Assembly: GCF_009914755.1 (NCBI RefSeq)
Contig: NC_060925.1
Source of the DNA: the human T2T-CHM13v2.0 reference genome, Homo sapiens
DNA: 64,000 bases
Reading direction: 5' to 3' (one strand)
Position numbers and translations under genes: made by a program. Shown piece by piece: positions 41,567 through 58,315 of the stretch. The notes under the pieces were generated by a model. It saw only the letters and a program-made list of their open reading frames with translations, was not told the origin of the DNA and searched no databases. Numbering within the stretch: the first letter of the stretch is position 1; the number at the start of each line of letters is the position of its first letter.

Positions 41567-42180
41567 CTCAAGGAAACAACTAAGAACCATCCAACCAAAT
41601 GCAGGTCCTGGAAGAACCTGGTGTCCAGGTGAAGTTTATTATCAATTAAATTAATTCTAGCCTTTTACTAAAAGAACACTTGGGACCTCAGGCAAAGACA
41701 TCACCAGCTTGATTGAGGTTAGAGCTTATTATTTATATACAAAGATGAAGCCAGGAATTGTATGTGTCAATGCCAGATTATTAGTGGAAGATTGGTACCA
41801 TTCAGATAAAAGCTAAAGCTACCTGAATCAAATTAGGAATAAAACCCAGGTCACCAATGAGCCAGGATTGGTGGATCAAAGCTGGTTTAATTTACAGGAG
41901 ACTTTAAGGTAAATTGGTTTTGTATCTGAAGTCATAATTACTATTCTTTCCCTGTTTGTGTTTAAAGGATCTGTCTCCAGCGGGACCAGAAAACCATATG
42001 TGGCAATACTTATAAACTGCCTCTAGCTATATAGATTAATACAGAATCATCTTTCTGTATGAGTTTTCCACCAATAAACATGTGTAGATATAAGCAAAGC
42101 TTTCCATTAGAGCAAATTGTTTCAGGTCCCACTGCCACCAACAGATGACATCAGTGGCTGCATACTCAGCTGTCACACTC

Positions 42181-42475
<295 letters not shown>

Positions 42476-42599
42476 AGCTGTCACACTCTTTATTGGTCTG
42501 TGCTTATTATTGAGCTGTTTTAAGGACATTATTAAATGCATACTATTTGAAAAGTACTATTGAGAAAATATTGAAAGCGTTCATACCTAGAGACTTAAG

Positions 42600-43210
42600 A
42601 TTATAAGGAAAACAAAGTAAGTCACTTGTAAAAATTGAAAGTGGTGAGGAAATGACAAATGCGGCATATGCAGCTGAGATGAATCATTTGACAGTAGGAA
42701 TGATTCTCAAGGATAAACAGTGAAACATTGGTGAACAAAAAAGTCTATGCAACTGACAATAGTAGGCAAGACAAGGAAAAGAGGTGTACGTGGTTGAAAG
42801 ATCAACCCTATTATTAGATGAGGTAGCTTTTTAGGCTTTAGTTTATTAGACTAAGTATTCTAAAGCCAAGAGTTAGTTAGAGAACTTGAAGACAGAACAA
42901 GGTGATGCTACTGCCAAGGAAACCTCTGTCTCGAGCTGTGTATGGTTGAATGGGTTCATGGCCATTTGAATCTGCACAAAATCAAAGTGAGAAGAGACAA
43001 ATATATGTGGGATGGCATGACATCTAAGAAGTTACCAGAAACTAATTTCAGAGATCCTCAGAGCTTCGGGTCGGGATTAACTGTCTCAAAAACTTTAGAT
43101 GCTTACAGAACAAACATCAGCTAGGAAAATGTGTGTCTGGTTTTAACACTTCAAAGTCATGACCCATGTCCATTTTGGTAGGAATGTACCTGGAGGCTGC
43201 AGACTGAAAA
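42600..43210 (+). mobile_element. Tigger/pogo transposase remnant (frameshifted)
   Basis: Piecewise translation gives GEEMTNAAYAAEMNHLTVGMILKDK (psq HTH-like), LHKIKVRRD (cf. LHNIKVSGE) and GFNTSK..GRNVPGGCRLK (cf. GFKASKDR..GGNAAGDCKLK) in the expected order. Confidence 0.7.
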
Positions 43211-43579
43211 CAGGCTCTCTTACTTTGGATTTATGAAAGGCTTTTCAAAGAGCCTTTTAGAACTGGAACATAATTGCATAGGTAGACAGACTTCTGAAAA
43301 TCTATTGAATTTGTTTTCCCTTTTGCTGTACATTACTGCTGCAAATTCAACATACTTGCTTTCTCTGTTGTCATAGATATCATTAGTAAAATGCTCTACA
43401 CATGACCAAGGGCAATGCCTACGGATGTGCAACTAGAAAAGCACATCTCAGGATGTGCTCCATGAGTTCTGTAGAAAAAAAAAGATTCCATGATCTAGTA
43501 GGTTTGGAAAATGCTAAAATAATCAGCTAATAAAATTTGAATGTGTTTATTTTTGAGGAAGGTACATGAAAATGATTGT

Positions 43580-44020
43580 CATTAGAATACACCTACCTGA
43601 CTTCCAACTACAGGGAGCATCAATGACAGTGGGCACCAGCCACTGCCCTCTAAACCTATCACCCCATTCGTGGTGGGCCAGGTTTCCCAGAGGCTGTTCT
43701 CAGGCAATAAACAAGAGCAATAGCATAGTAAGTTAGGCCCATTCCTGGAAGACACAAGACTCTTGGACAGCCAACTTTGGCTCAAGGACTTCCAGACAGC
43801 AGTGCTGAATGTTTAGACTTCACAGCAGTTGAAAACACTTCAACTCTATTTTTCTTGTCTCTCTCCTTTTCTTAGGGTCAGTCTTCATTATGATCTGACA
43901 GCTCTCCCAGCCTCTCCCAACTCCTTCTCCAATTTATTTCTTAGGCATTTCCCCTAATACAATTCTTCCCTATTCATTTCTATCTCGGTGTCTGCTTCTT
44001 AGACAACCCAGACAATTATA
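43580..44020 (+). mobile_element. LTR16-family (ERVL) LTR
   Basis: AGGCCCATTCCTGG, ACAGCCAACTTTGGCTCAAGGACT and TCTCGGTGTCTGCTTCTTAGACAACCCAGAC end. Confidence 0.75.
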
Positions 44021-44475
44021 ACAACTCATAAACCTCTGTGCACACAAAAAATAGCAGCTGAATATATGAGGCAAAACTTATTAGGAATAAAAGAACTGTA
44101 TACAAGTGTAATATTACTGGGAAATTTTAATATAACTCTTTCATAATCAGTCATAAGTAACAGACAAAAATTAAAAACGTAAAGAAATTTATGAATCTAT
44201 AATCTCTCAAATAGATAATAAAAATTATTTTCTAGGTTGATGGAACAAAGAAAGGAGAGTTCATTTCTATCATCATCCAATAGAGTTAGAATAGAGTTAT
44301 AATAAATAATAAAAAGTGATGAAGTTAATACTTTGAAATTATGAAATATATCCTTAGACAAACTTTGGAACAAAAAGGCAATCAAAACTGAAACCTAGCA
44401 TAACTAACCCTCAGAAGACAATGTAGAAACTTAAATGCTTTTATAAAAAGAGAAAGATTAAAATTAATGAAAATT
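44020..44475 (+). mobile_element. Old L1M ORF2 endonuclease-region fragment
   Basis: Degenerate NIYAPN/IIVGDFNT-like coding (ATAAACCTCTGTGCAC, ACTGGGAAATTTTAATA), A-rich. Confidence 0.55.
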
Positions 44476-44476
44476 A

Positions 44477-45096
<620 letters not shown>

Positions 45097-45414
45097 GGAA
45101 GGGAAAGGGAGGGGAGGGGAGGGGAGGGGAGGGGAGGGGGGGAGGGGAGGGGAGGGGGGGAGGGGAGGGGGGGAGGGGAGGGGAGGGGGGGAGGGGAGGG
45201 GAGGGGGGAGGGGAGGGGAGGGGGGGAGGGGAGGGGAGGGGGGGAGGGGGGGAGGGGAGGGGAGGGGGGGAGGGGAGGGGGGAGGGGGGGAGGGGGGGGG
45301 GAGGGGGGGGAGGGGAGGGGAGGGGAGGGGAGGGGGGGGAGGGGAGGGGAGGGGAGGGGGGGGAGGGGAGGGGAGGGGAGGGGAGGGGAGGGGAGGGGAG
45401 GGGAGGGGAGGGAG
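45097..45414. repeat. (GGGGA)n-derived G-rich polypurine repeat
   Basis: Only G and A; regular GGGGA blocks at both ends and longer G runs inside. Confidence 0.97.
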
Positions 45415-46747
45415 CCTTGTCAAAGTGCAGGTTAACTACCTCTGCAGTACACCTAGTGGCCACTCGAGTTGCCTTATTCCGCCCCATATCACCCCTGTAT
45501 TGCCCCACACAGAGTGCAATGCCTAGTATGCAGTAGATGCTCAAAGTTGCTCTCCTCAATGTGTGTACGAAACAACAAGATTTAAACAAACTTTTGGTTT
45601 TGTCTTGGGAAAGAACGAATCAAAACTTCTATTATCTGGGGAGAATGCTTTAAAAATTCTCTATTTTCTCTCCCTCACTGAGAACACAGTGATTCCACAC
45701 ACAGTTGTGAGGCCTCTTGGTGTGCTTCCCCTCCTAACCTGCTAAGAGGGAGACTTGGGGCTGTCACTTAGCTTTCAGACTTGTAGGGAAGAATGTGATC
45801 CCAGATTAGCAGAGCATGTAAGCCATGTTCTCTCCCACCCAAATGCTCAATTGGTCTTGTCTTTCACTATCTCCAGTTCCTAAGATGAGTCGTCAGTACT
45901 GGGGTGGGGTTGGGTGGAGAGGCAAGTACCTAGGGTAGGGGCTTGGAGATAGAGCTCCCCAGGCACTTCAGAAAGAGGTTCGTTCAAAGTGACATAGGGT
46001 TCTACATGGGAGCATTCCAAGAAAAGGGACGCTGAGGACAGATGTCACTTCATGTCTTGCTGCACCTGTGAGCCCATGCCATCCTCTTGTAATTTGCAGG
46101 TGTGTGTTTTATAACTGCTCCCTGGGCAGTTCTAAATGACAAAGCATTCGTGCTGGCAGCACCCTCTACTTCTCACTTACTCCTCCAGGCCTCTGGCGAA
46201 CACAGGGCTCAGAGGAACTACCTTCTTCAAGAATCACGGACGTGGCTGGTTTTCTCAGGAAGGGGTCTCGGCTGAGCATTAAAATAAAACGGTGCTTGGT
46301 TTTTGTACAGGAAACCTTTTCTTCCTTCAGTTTCAACAACCCCAGGCATTACCTACTGTAGCTGATGCTTTTGCTCTTACCATATCCTGCTACCTTTCCT
46401 GTCTCCAAAGCCCTAAATAGATTCCTCAAGGAATGTCTTCCTAAATTCCCTCAGGCAAGAGGAGGAAGGGCTGTCTTTATTATGTCTTTACTCTAAAGTC
46501 TTTAGCATAAAAAAGCAGCTCTGGATTCATTTCATTAATAAAACAGAGTGAACAAAAGTCCTCCTGCATCAGTTTTACTCATGAGACCAAATTGTGTGAT
46601 AACCACTCACCCATACCACAGAAACCACACAAAACTGGACCTGCCTAAGGAAGTTAAACTTAGAATCCCGTTTCCCCTTGGGGCTGAGTTTCCATTTTCT
46701 CATTTATTAAATAACTTGTAAACTATTTTTTAAATTAACTAGCTCTT

Positions 46748-47030
46748 GGTCCAGGAGCTGTGGCTCACGCCTGTAATCCCAACACTTTGGGAGGCCGAGG
46801 CGGGCAGATTACCTGAGGTCAGGAGTTCGAGGCCAGCCTGCCCAACATGGTGAAACCCAGTTTGTACTAAAAATACAAAAATGAGCTGGGTGTTGTGGCA
46901 CATGCCAGTAATCCCAGCTACTCTGGAGGCTGAGGCAAGAGAATCACTTGAACCCGGAAGGCGGAGTGAGCTGAGATCACGCCACTGCACCCCAACCTGG
47001 GCGACAGAGCAAGACTCCATCTCAAAAAAA
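46748..47030 (+). mobile_element. AluSx-like
   Basis: Dimer with a small right-arm deletion; TSD AATTAACTAGCTCT. Confidence 0.92.
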
Positions 47031-47501
47031 TAATTAATTAATTAACTAGCTCTCTAAACGTTCAATAAAACTTATCCTGAGCCGCATGTTGTGCCTGTGT
47101 GGTCTCACCCAAGGGAAGGTGAGCACATTCATATTGGCTGGTGAAAATCCAGGCAATATGTCTGTATGGTTCTTAAAGAACTGAGAAACAGCAAGAATAC
47201 GCACAATATTTGTAAATAACTTGAGCCTTTATAAAATGATCCTTTTTTGGAAAATACACAGAAAAAGTTGTGCGCAGGTTTACCTAGAATGTCAATTGGA
47301 ATGAAGACTGTGATGGCTTAGCCATCACAGGTCATTCTTATAGAAGCAGCATTGTCTGTGAAAGGCTTTCAGGATTCATCCTTAGAAAGGGTTTATTTTC
47401 CTCTCACTTTCTCCACTGGTGTAAGATTACAGCTTTCCAGCGTCTCTTGGTGAGAAGGAAATACAACTTGATTCCTCTGTCTGATAAAGTAGGCTTGGGG
47501 C

Positions 47502-47767
<266 letters not shown>

Positions 47768-49394
47768 AGCTTGGGGCTCTTAATGGCTCCCTCCTTGCTT
47801 GTAGGCAGGGCTGCAGCATCTGCCTTCCCTTCTTCCGCACTGCACCCTTCTTCCCTCGGACTTGAACTTTGCATCTTGGTTCACTCCTGGGTGTTCACCA
47901 CTGTCCTTCTGATTGCTATGTCCAGCAGCAGCACATGACCATCCAAAGGAAGCCACTGTCCCTTTAGAGTCATGCTGGAGTTTGTCAGCAACATTTACTA
48001 GGTACCCCCTGCCTCTTTGCCATGAGGTCTTGGCAGGTACATCACTTATGACAAATTGTTTTCAGATTAAGAGAGGTCTTATTGGGAGCAAGGGAATTTA
48101 ATTAAAGTCAAAGCCCAAATTCTGGCCAAATGAGTGTCCTCTGTATGTATGGCTGATGCCTAGGTTCTCTGTAAATACATCAATACCAGGGAGCTCACCT
48201 GTCCTCTTCCTTCCTTCCTGCTAATGGGGACCCTAAGATGTTTAGTGAGAAAAAAGGGTAACTTTGTTTCTTTCCAAACTACCTTCACTTGGACACATCC
48301 ATGATGAATACCCTCTCTCAATCATCTCTGAGCTCCAGGTAGAGCTCCCTATGAATGGACATTCCTGTGACCTCTTCCAGATCTGGGATATTCCAGAAGA
48401 TGATGTATGGAAGATGCTGTTTTTCCGCAGAATGCTCATTTGACTTCCAATATTTGTTAAACTGCATCTTATATGACTTCTGAATCCAAAGAGTCATGGT
48501 GAGGAATCCACCAACCCCAGATGGGTCCACGACTAGCAGGGATTCTTCAAACTCCTTAAAGTTGTCTGAACTTTTCTGTATGTGATTTTTATTCTCCAGA
48601 GGCGAGAATCCACAGTGCTCATGGTGTATTCAAAGAGGTCTGCAACACTGAAAAGATTGAAAACAGATGTTTACTTGGACTACTTTTCTCATTCTGGTAT
48701 CCCATGAGACTCTGATGACGTTTGCAGCTTTGACTCCAAACCCAAACCTAAAAAATATTTATCTGAGAGTGTCAGAGTAAAATTTCTGGGTAAAATCTCT
48801 GCCTGCTGAAGAAGGCACTTGTACTTCTAAAGAGGGCATGGCACGCCCCTACCTTAATATGATTAATGATTTCCAGCAATATTTGAGGCTTCCTGGGCAG
48901 TACCACAAATCATTTCCTACTTTTCACAATAATTACCTTGATAAGAGGCTTCCTTAAGAAAGACCAAAAAAATTTATCTGGTCCCTGGACACTATCCTAA
49001 GATCTTAGTCAATTCTGTCCCAATCCTGGGCTTCCCCTGGGTCAGCCCTGTCTTCAAAGCTCAGAGTCATACTTACAGGATGGCAGAAGAATCACTTCAT
49101 CCTAGGAAAGCTTCCTCAGAAAGCTGAGAAGGTGTCCCATGTTTGCGGAACGACAGAACTCACTAGAGGAGCATTGTATTTGCTAGTGTGGCTGGGACTT
49201 GGAGGGCCACAGCCTAAGATGGTCAATATGGTGGGTCTTATCAGTTCCAGGGGCTTCTAACTTCAGTTGCCTCTCTCTCTATGATCCCACCCAGTCTTTT
49301 AATACTTCCTGCTCTGATCAACATTAGGGGCTATCACCTTTCCACCTTGTGCAAATGCCTGATGATGTTTCTTTCCCCCGCCCATCCCTCCACC

Positions 49395-49669
49395 TTTTTT
49401 GAGATGGAGTCTCACTCTATTGTCCAAGCTGGAGTCCAATAGCACGATCTCTGCTCACTGCAACAGGGTTCCAGTAATTCTCCTACCTCAGCCTCCCGAG
49501 TAGCTGGGATTACGGGCATGGGCCACTACTCCTGGCTAATTGTATTTTTAGTAGAGTTGGCATTTGGCCATGTTGGCCAGGCTGGTTTCAAACTCCTGAC
49601 CTCAGGTGATTCACCCACCTCAGGCTCCCAAAGTGCGGGGATTACAGGTGTGTGCCACCGTGCCCGGCC
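49395..49669 (-). mobile_element. AluS
   Basis: Reverse dimer; flanking repeat AAATGCCTGATGAT(G/A)TTTCTTT. Confidence 0.9.
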
Positions 49670-49942
49670 TAAATGCCTGATGATATTTCTTTACTCCAGA
49701 TGTGCATTCTAACTTCTGTTTATCATCACTGGGATGTCCCTTGGACAGATTAATCAGCATCTCAAACTTAATATGCTCAAAACTTTATTCTTGATCTCTG
49801 GTCACAAATATGCCTGTTTTCTTGTGTTCTTCATTTAGTTATAAATGCATATCTTCTTCCGGTTGATCATACGAAAAAATTTGGGTGTTACCTTTGAAAC
49901 TTCTCTCTGTGATCCTCCTTAACCAATACATCAACAAGTCCT

Positions 49943-50295
<353 letters not shown>

Positions 50296-51470
50296 TTATA
50301 TCTCATATCTACCTACTTCTCTCCATTTCTACCACCTCCACCAGGTTACCATTGTGCCTGGTGAGAGGGTTACATTTCTGACATGATTCCATGCTTGTCC
50401 CTCTCTGATCCTTTTTACCTCATGCAGCCAGAGTGAATTTTTAAAAAGGCAAATCTAGCCACTGCCCTTGCCAGCTTAAAACACCCACAATGGCTTCTTA
50501 TCGCATGTGGGATGAAGTCCAAACCTCTTACCTGCAGGTGACAGTTCCCATGAGATCTGACTCCTGCCTCTCTTGTCAGCCCCATCTCTTGTTCCTCCTG
50601 GCTTTGTGTCTGCATTCCAGCCACATTGGCCTTGCGGGACCTTCAACACGTTCAGTTTGTTCCTCTACAGCAATGGATCTTCATTCTCTCTCTCTCCTGA
50701 CTTGGGATTAGTGGGAAGATATCACAGATCACTCTATTCTGTAAGGAGAGCAGAAAAAGAGCATCCTTCAGCTTGAGAAAGACCTAAAAATTCTCTCTCC
50801 TGTACCACACAGTGGAAGTCATTGATGTTATGACACTTGCTCTATTATGCTACGATACCTGGTCCCACCCCAGCTCTAGCGGCTTAAGGATTGTTGTTTC
50901 ATCATTTTATATTCACTGAGTATGATCCCCAAAGGCAAGTTATTTTAAGCTACCACTTATTTAAAGAGCTATGTTCACAAATGGAAGGTAGCGCCAAGCT
51001 ATCTTTTCCTTTAGGGTCCAATTTGTGGCTGCACTAGGTCCACCGAGACCTCAATTCTACTTTTAATCATTAAAGAGGCCGAGGAGATGTTATCAAATTT
51101 TCTCCCATAATATTTAGAATAAATAAAATGATCTTAGACAATGGGAGAGAAACATGAACAGAATAATGTGTGTATAATTTTAACTTTTGGTAGTGTAAGC
51201 ATTTGAATAACGTTGGTTTTTAGAGATTTCGTATTTTCCACTCTTTGCTATAAAATTATTAAGCACATACAAAAGTAGAAAATACTATAATAAACTCTCA
51301 TGTATTTGTTACTTAGTTCAATAATTATTAACTTGTGGTTGATACTGTTGCACAAATGCCTCCTCCAATGTTCCATTGTTTCCCTCCCAAACTCAGTTCT
51401 TTTCCAGCAAATCCCTGACACATCATTTCATCTGAAAATATTTTACTATGTATTTCTGCAAGTTATGGGC

Positions 51471-51769
51471 TTATTATTATTATTATTTTTTGAAACAGAG
51501 TCTCGCTTTGTCGCCCAGGCTGGAGTGCAGTGACACAATCTCAGCTCACGGCAACCTCTGCCTCCCAGGTTCAAGCAATTCTCCTGCCTTAGCCTCCTGA
51601 GTAGCTTGGACTACAGGTGCGCCACCACACCCAGCTAATTTTTGTATTTTTAGTAGAGACGGGGTTTCATTATGTTGGCCACGCTGGTCTCAAACTCCTG
51701 ACCTTAGGTGATTCCCACCTTGGCCTCCCAAAGTGCTGGGATTACAGGTGTGAGCCACCACACCTGGCC
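51471..51769 (-). mobile_element. AluSx-like
   Basis: Reverse dimer with a (TTA)n tail. Confidence 0.92.
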
Positions 51770-51972
51770 AAGGGCTCTTTTAAAACATGATCAAAACATA
51801 AATATCGCACATAAAATTATTAATAATTTCTTAATATCATAAAATATTCAATCTATTCAAATTTCTAAGATTATCTCAAAGTATTTTACAGCAGTTGGTT
51901 TATTTGAATCAGGATCAATAGATACACATTGCGTTTGATTGATATAACTCTTAAGTTTCTTTCTTTTTAAAA

Positions 51973-52261
<289 letters not shown>

Positions 52262-53457
52262 CCTCTTGTTTATTTTAATCTATAGATTTCCCTCTCTATA
52301 TTTTTCTTTTCAATGTGTTTGTTGAAGAGATTAAAGAAACCAGGTCATTTTTCCTATGAATTTTACTAATTGCATCTTCATGGTGTCATTTAACGCATTC
52401 TGTTTTCTTAAAAGCTGGCAATTCAATCTGGAAGATTTATCAGATTAAATTTCTGTTTTTTGGCAGGAATGACTCATAGTTGTGTACTTTCATCAGGAGA
52501 CACATAATGTCTGATTATCTCCCTTTATGGGATGTTAAGATTGATTGCTGGGTCAAATCTTGTCAGTCTTTCCATAATTTTAAAGTTCCCCATCAGTTTC
52601 TCATCTAACAGTTTTAGCAGTCATTGGTGACCACTGCCTACATCCATTACTTTACTAGGAGTTCTGAAATGATGTCATTATATTAATCCTTCTTCATTTA
52701 GTAGCTGGAGTGCTGCTATAAAGAAAGACTTTTCTTCATGAGCTATATGATAATCCCTAAGCATAGTTTGTAAAGGAAAAGCAGAATAAATGCTTGACTG
52801 TTTTCTCAGTTTTAGAATAGTTCCCTAACATCTGCTAAATGTGACCAAAGACCAATGGTGGCTCATTTTCAGTATCATTTTGAACTCATGAATGATACAA
52901 TATTAGAAGCCTAAATATTATTTGCGGTTACTATCCTTTTTGAGAACCCAACTGTCCCATCTTTAGTGAGGGTGTCTCTTTAATTTGGCTTCTCAACCCT
53001 TTTGACATCACCCTAGTGATCTTTAAAAGATTTCTCTTATGTTCTAGTATAATAAGATGCTCTAGCTCATCTTGTCTATTTCCTGAACCAGATCTGACAC
53101 AGTCATTTCTCCAAAGAGACTTCACGTGCGAAACGATGTTGCGAGATCACAGTCTGAGCACTAGACGTGCTCCTTGCTCCATATTTCTTTGCCCCTTTCA
53201 GTGGACAAGGCTATATAAAATATGCACTTTTAAAAGAAAAGGATACCTTACGAGCATAGTGACATAGTCAGCTGAAATAGAAGACAGAGAAATTTTACTT
53301 TTTGATTTTATATTTGTGACTCTAATCACTTATCCTGAAATTCTTGGTTCTGGCAAAGTTAACATAATTATTTGTTTTTACCTTACATGTCTTAGTTTCA
53401 GAAAAATGATGCCCAAATCATTCAATATAAATATTGAATACAGTTTAAAATTCCTCC

Positions 53458-53763
<306 letters not shown>

Positions 53764-53999
53764 TTACCATTAGGATATATCCCACTTGGGACAGTCAGTC
53801 AAGTTACTGTATTTTAAATCACTTGAAATACTTTAACCCTTGTGTGGTTAAGTGGCTATTTATTTTTAACCCTCTGAAAAAGAATTGTTTTTGCTTACGT
53901 TTTTCTGTTTTCAAATAACTACAAAGATTTTCTTAACATTATAAGAGTAATATTCTTAGAGGAGTGTAGAGCTGAGAGGAAATACTTTTGTGTTTATAG

Positions 54000-54069
54000 C
54001 GAAAAAAGTATATTGAAGTGGAATAGTTGGTCAGATTACACAGTGGAGACGATGGAGCCTACTAAGAAG
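54000..54069 (+). other. Candidate small exon
   Basis: Acceptor CTTTTGTGTTTATAG|C and strong donor AAG|GTAAGA. Confidence 0.3.
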
Positions 54070-54859
54070 GTAAGACTCCCACACTTGGACTCACTTCAGC
54101 CTTCTTGTCAAATTGGCATCGGTAACTATGACACACTTACTGGCCACAGCTGTGGGAGAATATCAGTGCACTAGCAGAGATTTTTCTAATGAAACTGCCT
54201 GACATACACAGAAAAATGGGTGAAAATTTACCACTAGATTCCCTTCTAAACAGTCTACAAACATTCTTGTCTTCTACCAACCCCCAGAGTAAATTCACCC
54301 CTTTGCTCAAATTTTAGTTCACCTAGAACCTAATAAATGGTTAATATTATCTTTTTTTTATGATGGCGTTTTGTCAACAGATTTCATTATTTTGCCTTTA
54401 GTATAGAGCAAGTTTTGCTCTATTCCCTTTGGGAATCGTAAACAAGGTGTACTAGCCTTCTGGTTAAATGGTGAGCATGCCACCCAGGTGAAGTGCATCC
54501 GCATCTGTGTTCTTTAAGAGATGGTAACTGGGATTCGCTGTTTTATACAAGAATCACCAGAATAGCATTTATGTAGCTTTCAATAAAATATTTTCTCAGG
54601 GGACAAACAAATAGTAAGTCATTTGGATATTAAACACTAGGAAGAGTGTTTTTTTGTTTGTTTGTTTTTAAGTAATGTACATGGGCAGTGCTCTGCCCAT
54701 CCTGATTTTTGTGTAAAAATTCTCCTTTCCATCTCTCAGCAATAAAAACTTATTATGGTCATACAGGGACCCTGCAGGGGATAGACACTGTGCACACGTA
54801 GCCTTCTTGCATTTTAGTATCATTACTTATTAAGTTGGTAATGTGCTTTGGACCCGCAG

Positions 54860-55660
<801 letters not shown>

Positions 55661-56368
55661 CCAGAGGAGTTTTTGTGTCCTGCTGTGTCCCAGGCCCACG
55701 CCCCATTGCAGTGTGCTGCAGTGAGCATTGCTTGCATGTGAGCATGTAGGCTCTTTGGAGGTCTTCCTGTGGGTTTCAAATTTGTTTATCATTTCATGTT
55801 TGTTGTGGTTTGAACATGACACTGATGGATCTGTTTAAAAACCTCAACCTTTTCCAACAGAATATCACATTTATAACTTGTAACGTTCACTTCAATCAGC
55901 AAGGTCAAAAAGTTATAGTTAGGTGTAATGACCATGAATGTACTGTCATCCCACACATGTCAAAGGCCTCCTTGAGAGCTCCTATGTTTGCTGTGGCCAC
56001 ATTAATTATTTAGTGGTGTGATAGCTTACTTTCTATTTCTATGCTAATTTGAAACTTTGGAAAGCAACAATCACATTACCTCAGTCCTTTGCTGCCTGTT
56101 ATTTTTGATGAATGATTGATTGTGGTGCCCTTTTTAAAAAAAAGATTAGCAGTCAGAACAAGATATTGGTTAGAGACAATGCCTACCGTCACCTATGCAA
56201 GGACTAATTTCATAAATGTTGTGTTCCAAGAAGAGTTTTGTCCTGGCAAATAAATGTGTATGCCTTCTTTTATCACAAATTTTAAAATATTACCTATAAA
56301 TATTAAAATATATTATAAAATATATGCACATATATTATATTATTCTGTTTTATATGAAAGAAAACTTT

Positions 56369-56670
<302 letters not shown>

Positions 56671-57339
56671 TCAAGTTCATTACCAAATGCTGCTTCCTTT
56701 AAAGAATGGTGGGGATTTTTATTTTAAGTATCTGCATTTGTTTAAATCCACAAGTGTTTCCAGTCCTTTTGCAAATCACCGCTGCATATATACTGTTTTA
56801 ATTTTTACTGTGGAACATTAGGTCCAGGGGAGTCATATAGGGTCGGGAAATAAATATCACTCTAGCATCTATTCACTTCCTTCTTGATTTTGGCAATTTT
56901 AGTGGGTGAAGGAGAAGTTTCTCTCTCTATTTAAAAAACAAATTTTGTAGGTCTTCGGCCCTAAATTTTCTCCGTTTCTTCATAGCAATACCCCATATCA
57001 TTGTTTCAATTCTTCTTCATAACATGATAGAAAAAGTGAACCATCTTTGTCCAAAATCCAACATCCAAATTGTCAAAAATCCAATTTGTGGCAGTTTTCT
57101 TGACTCCAGGTCATTGGACAAATGCCTTTAATAATGAAACCACAGTGGCTTGTAATATTTTGCCTTTGTGTTTAGGATCTTTTTCACTTCAAACAACCTC
57201 CACAATCCTGCTGTTAGGGTATGTGCAGTAATCGATATCCTGTATTTCCCGACTTGGCTGCAGAGAACAGAACATCCAGTGCACATGCCAGCCTAACATG
57301 ACAGCCCCTTAGAGTGACAGGCATTGCCTTTTTTTACTC

Positions 57340-58315
57340 AGATTTATTTCTTACCCTGCCCCCAAAAACAACAATTTTGCAGACTCTTGTGCCAACTGGT
57401 TTCTAACTAGATTCAGAAACAGAGAGGCACTGGCAGGAGCTGGGAGGATGAGTGGAATAGAGAGGCCAGAGTATTTCTCCCTCCTTCCCTGACACTCACC
57501 TGCTTCCGTGGCTTCTCCAGCAATGACTGAGTCTCCTCTGCAGTCCCAGATCCTACTAGCTAGGCCCTCCCTCCATGACCCTAGCCTCTTCCTGGGCCAT
57601 CTCATAAATCCACCTCCCCTAAGTGGTCCTGGGCTTGGATTCTGAATACGCCCTTCATATTAGTTTCTCAGGGCTGCTCTAACAATGTGCTACAGACTGG
57701 GTATTTTAAAACTACAGAGATGTATAGTCTCACAGCTCTGGAGGCTGAAAGTTCAAAATCAGGGTGTCAGCAGGGCCGTGCTCCCTCTGGGACTCTGCAT
57801 AGAATCTGTCCTCACCTTTTGCAAGCTTCCGGTGGTGGCCACAATCCCTGGCATTCCCTGGTTTGCAGCTGCGTTATTCTAGTCTGTCTCTGTCATCAGA
57901 AGGCCGTCTTGCCCCTATGTCTATCTCTGTGTCTCTTCTCTTTTCATAAGGACACTAGTCCTATTAGATTAGGGGCCCACTATTCCAGTCTAACCTAATT
58001 TTAATTTAAGTCATTACATTTGTGATGACCTAATTTCAATATACCTTTTTGAGGGGATCCAATTTGACCCATAACACCGCCTTCCTGTGTGGTCGCAGCT
58101 TGCCGCTATTGCCAATCTGATGTATCAAGTTGTTTGGGGCAAGTCACTTAGTTGAATCTCCTCTGAGATGCAAAGAACTGATGTCTTCTTTCACTGCCCC
58201 TTGTTGGCCACTTCAGCTCTTCCAGCACCTTCCTAACTAGTTCCCCTAATTAAATCCTTACCATTGAACTGTTTCATCTGGGCTTTATTTTTCTGAGTAG
58301 ACCTTGATGGCTACA
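57340..58315 (+). mobile_element. LTR33-like (ERVL) LTR split by MLT1C
   Basis: GAGGCACTGGCAGGAGCTGGGAGG segment and ..TTTTCTGAGTAGACCTTGATGGCTACA end. Confidence 0.65.
57657..58076 (-). mobile_element. MLT1C-like MaLR LTR
   Basis: TATTAGTTTCCTAGGGCTGC..TCTCACAGCTCTGGAGGCTG..TCAGCAGGGCCGTGCTCCCTCTG..CCATAACA. Confidence 0.85.

Noticed and set aside
48242-48530. Coding-looking stretch
   Set aside because: Short frames on both strands with no recognisable protein similarity or paired splice sites.
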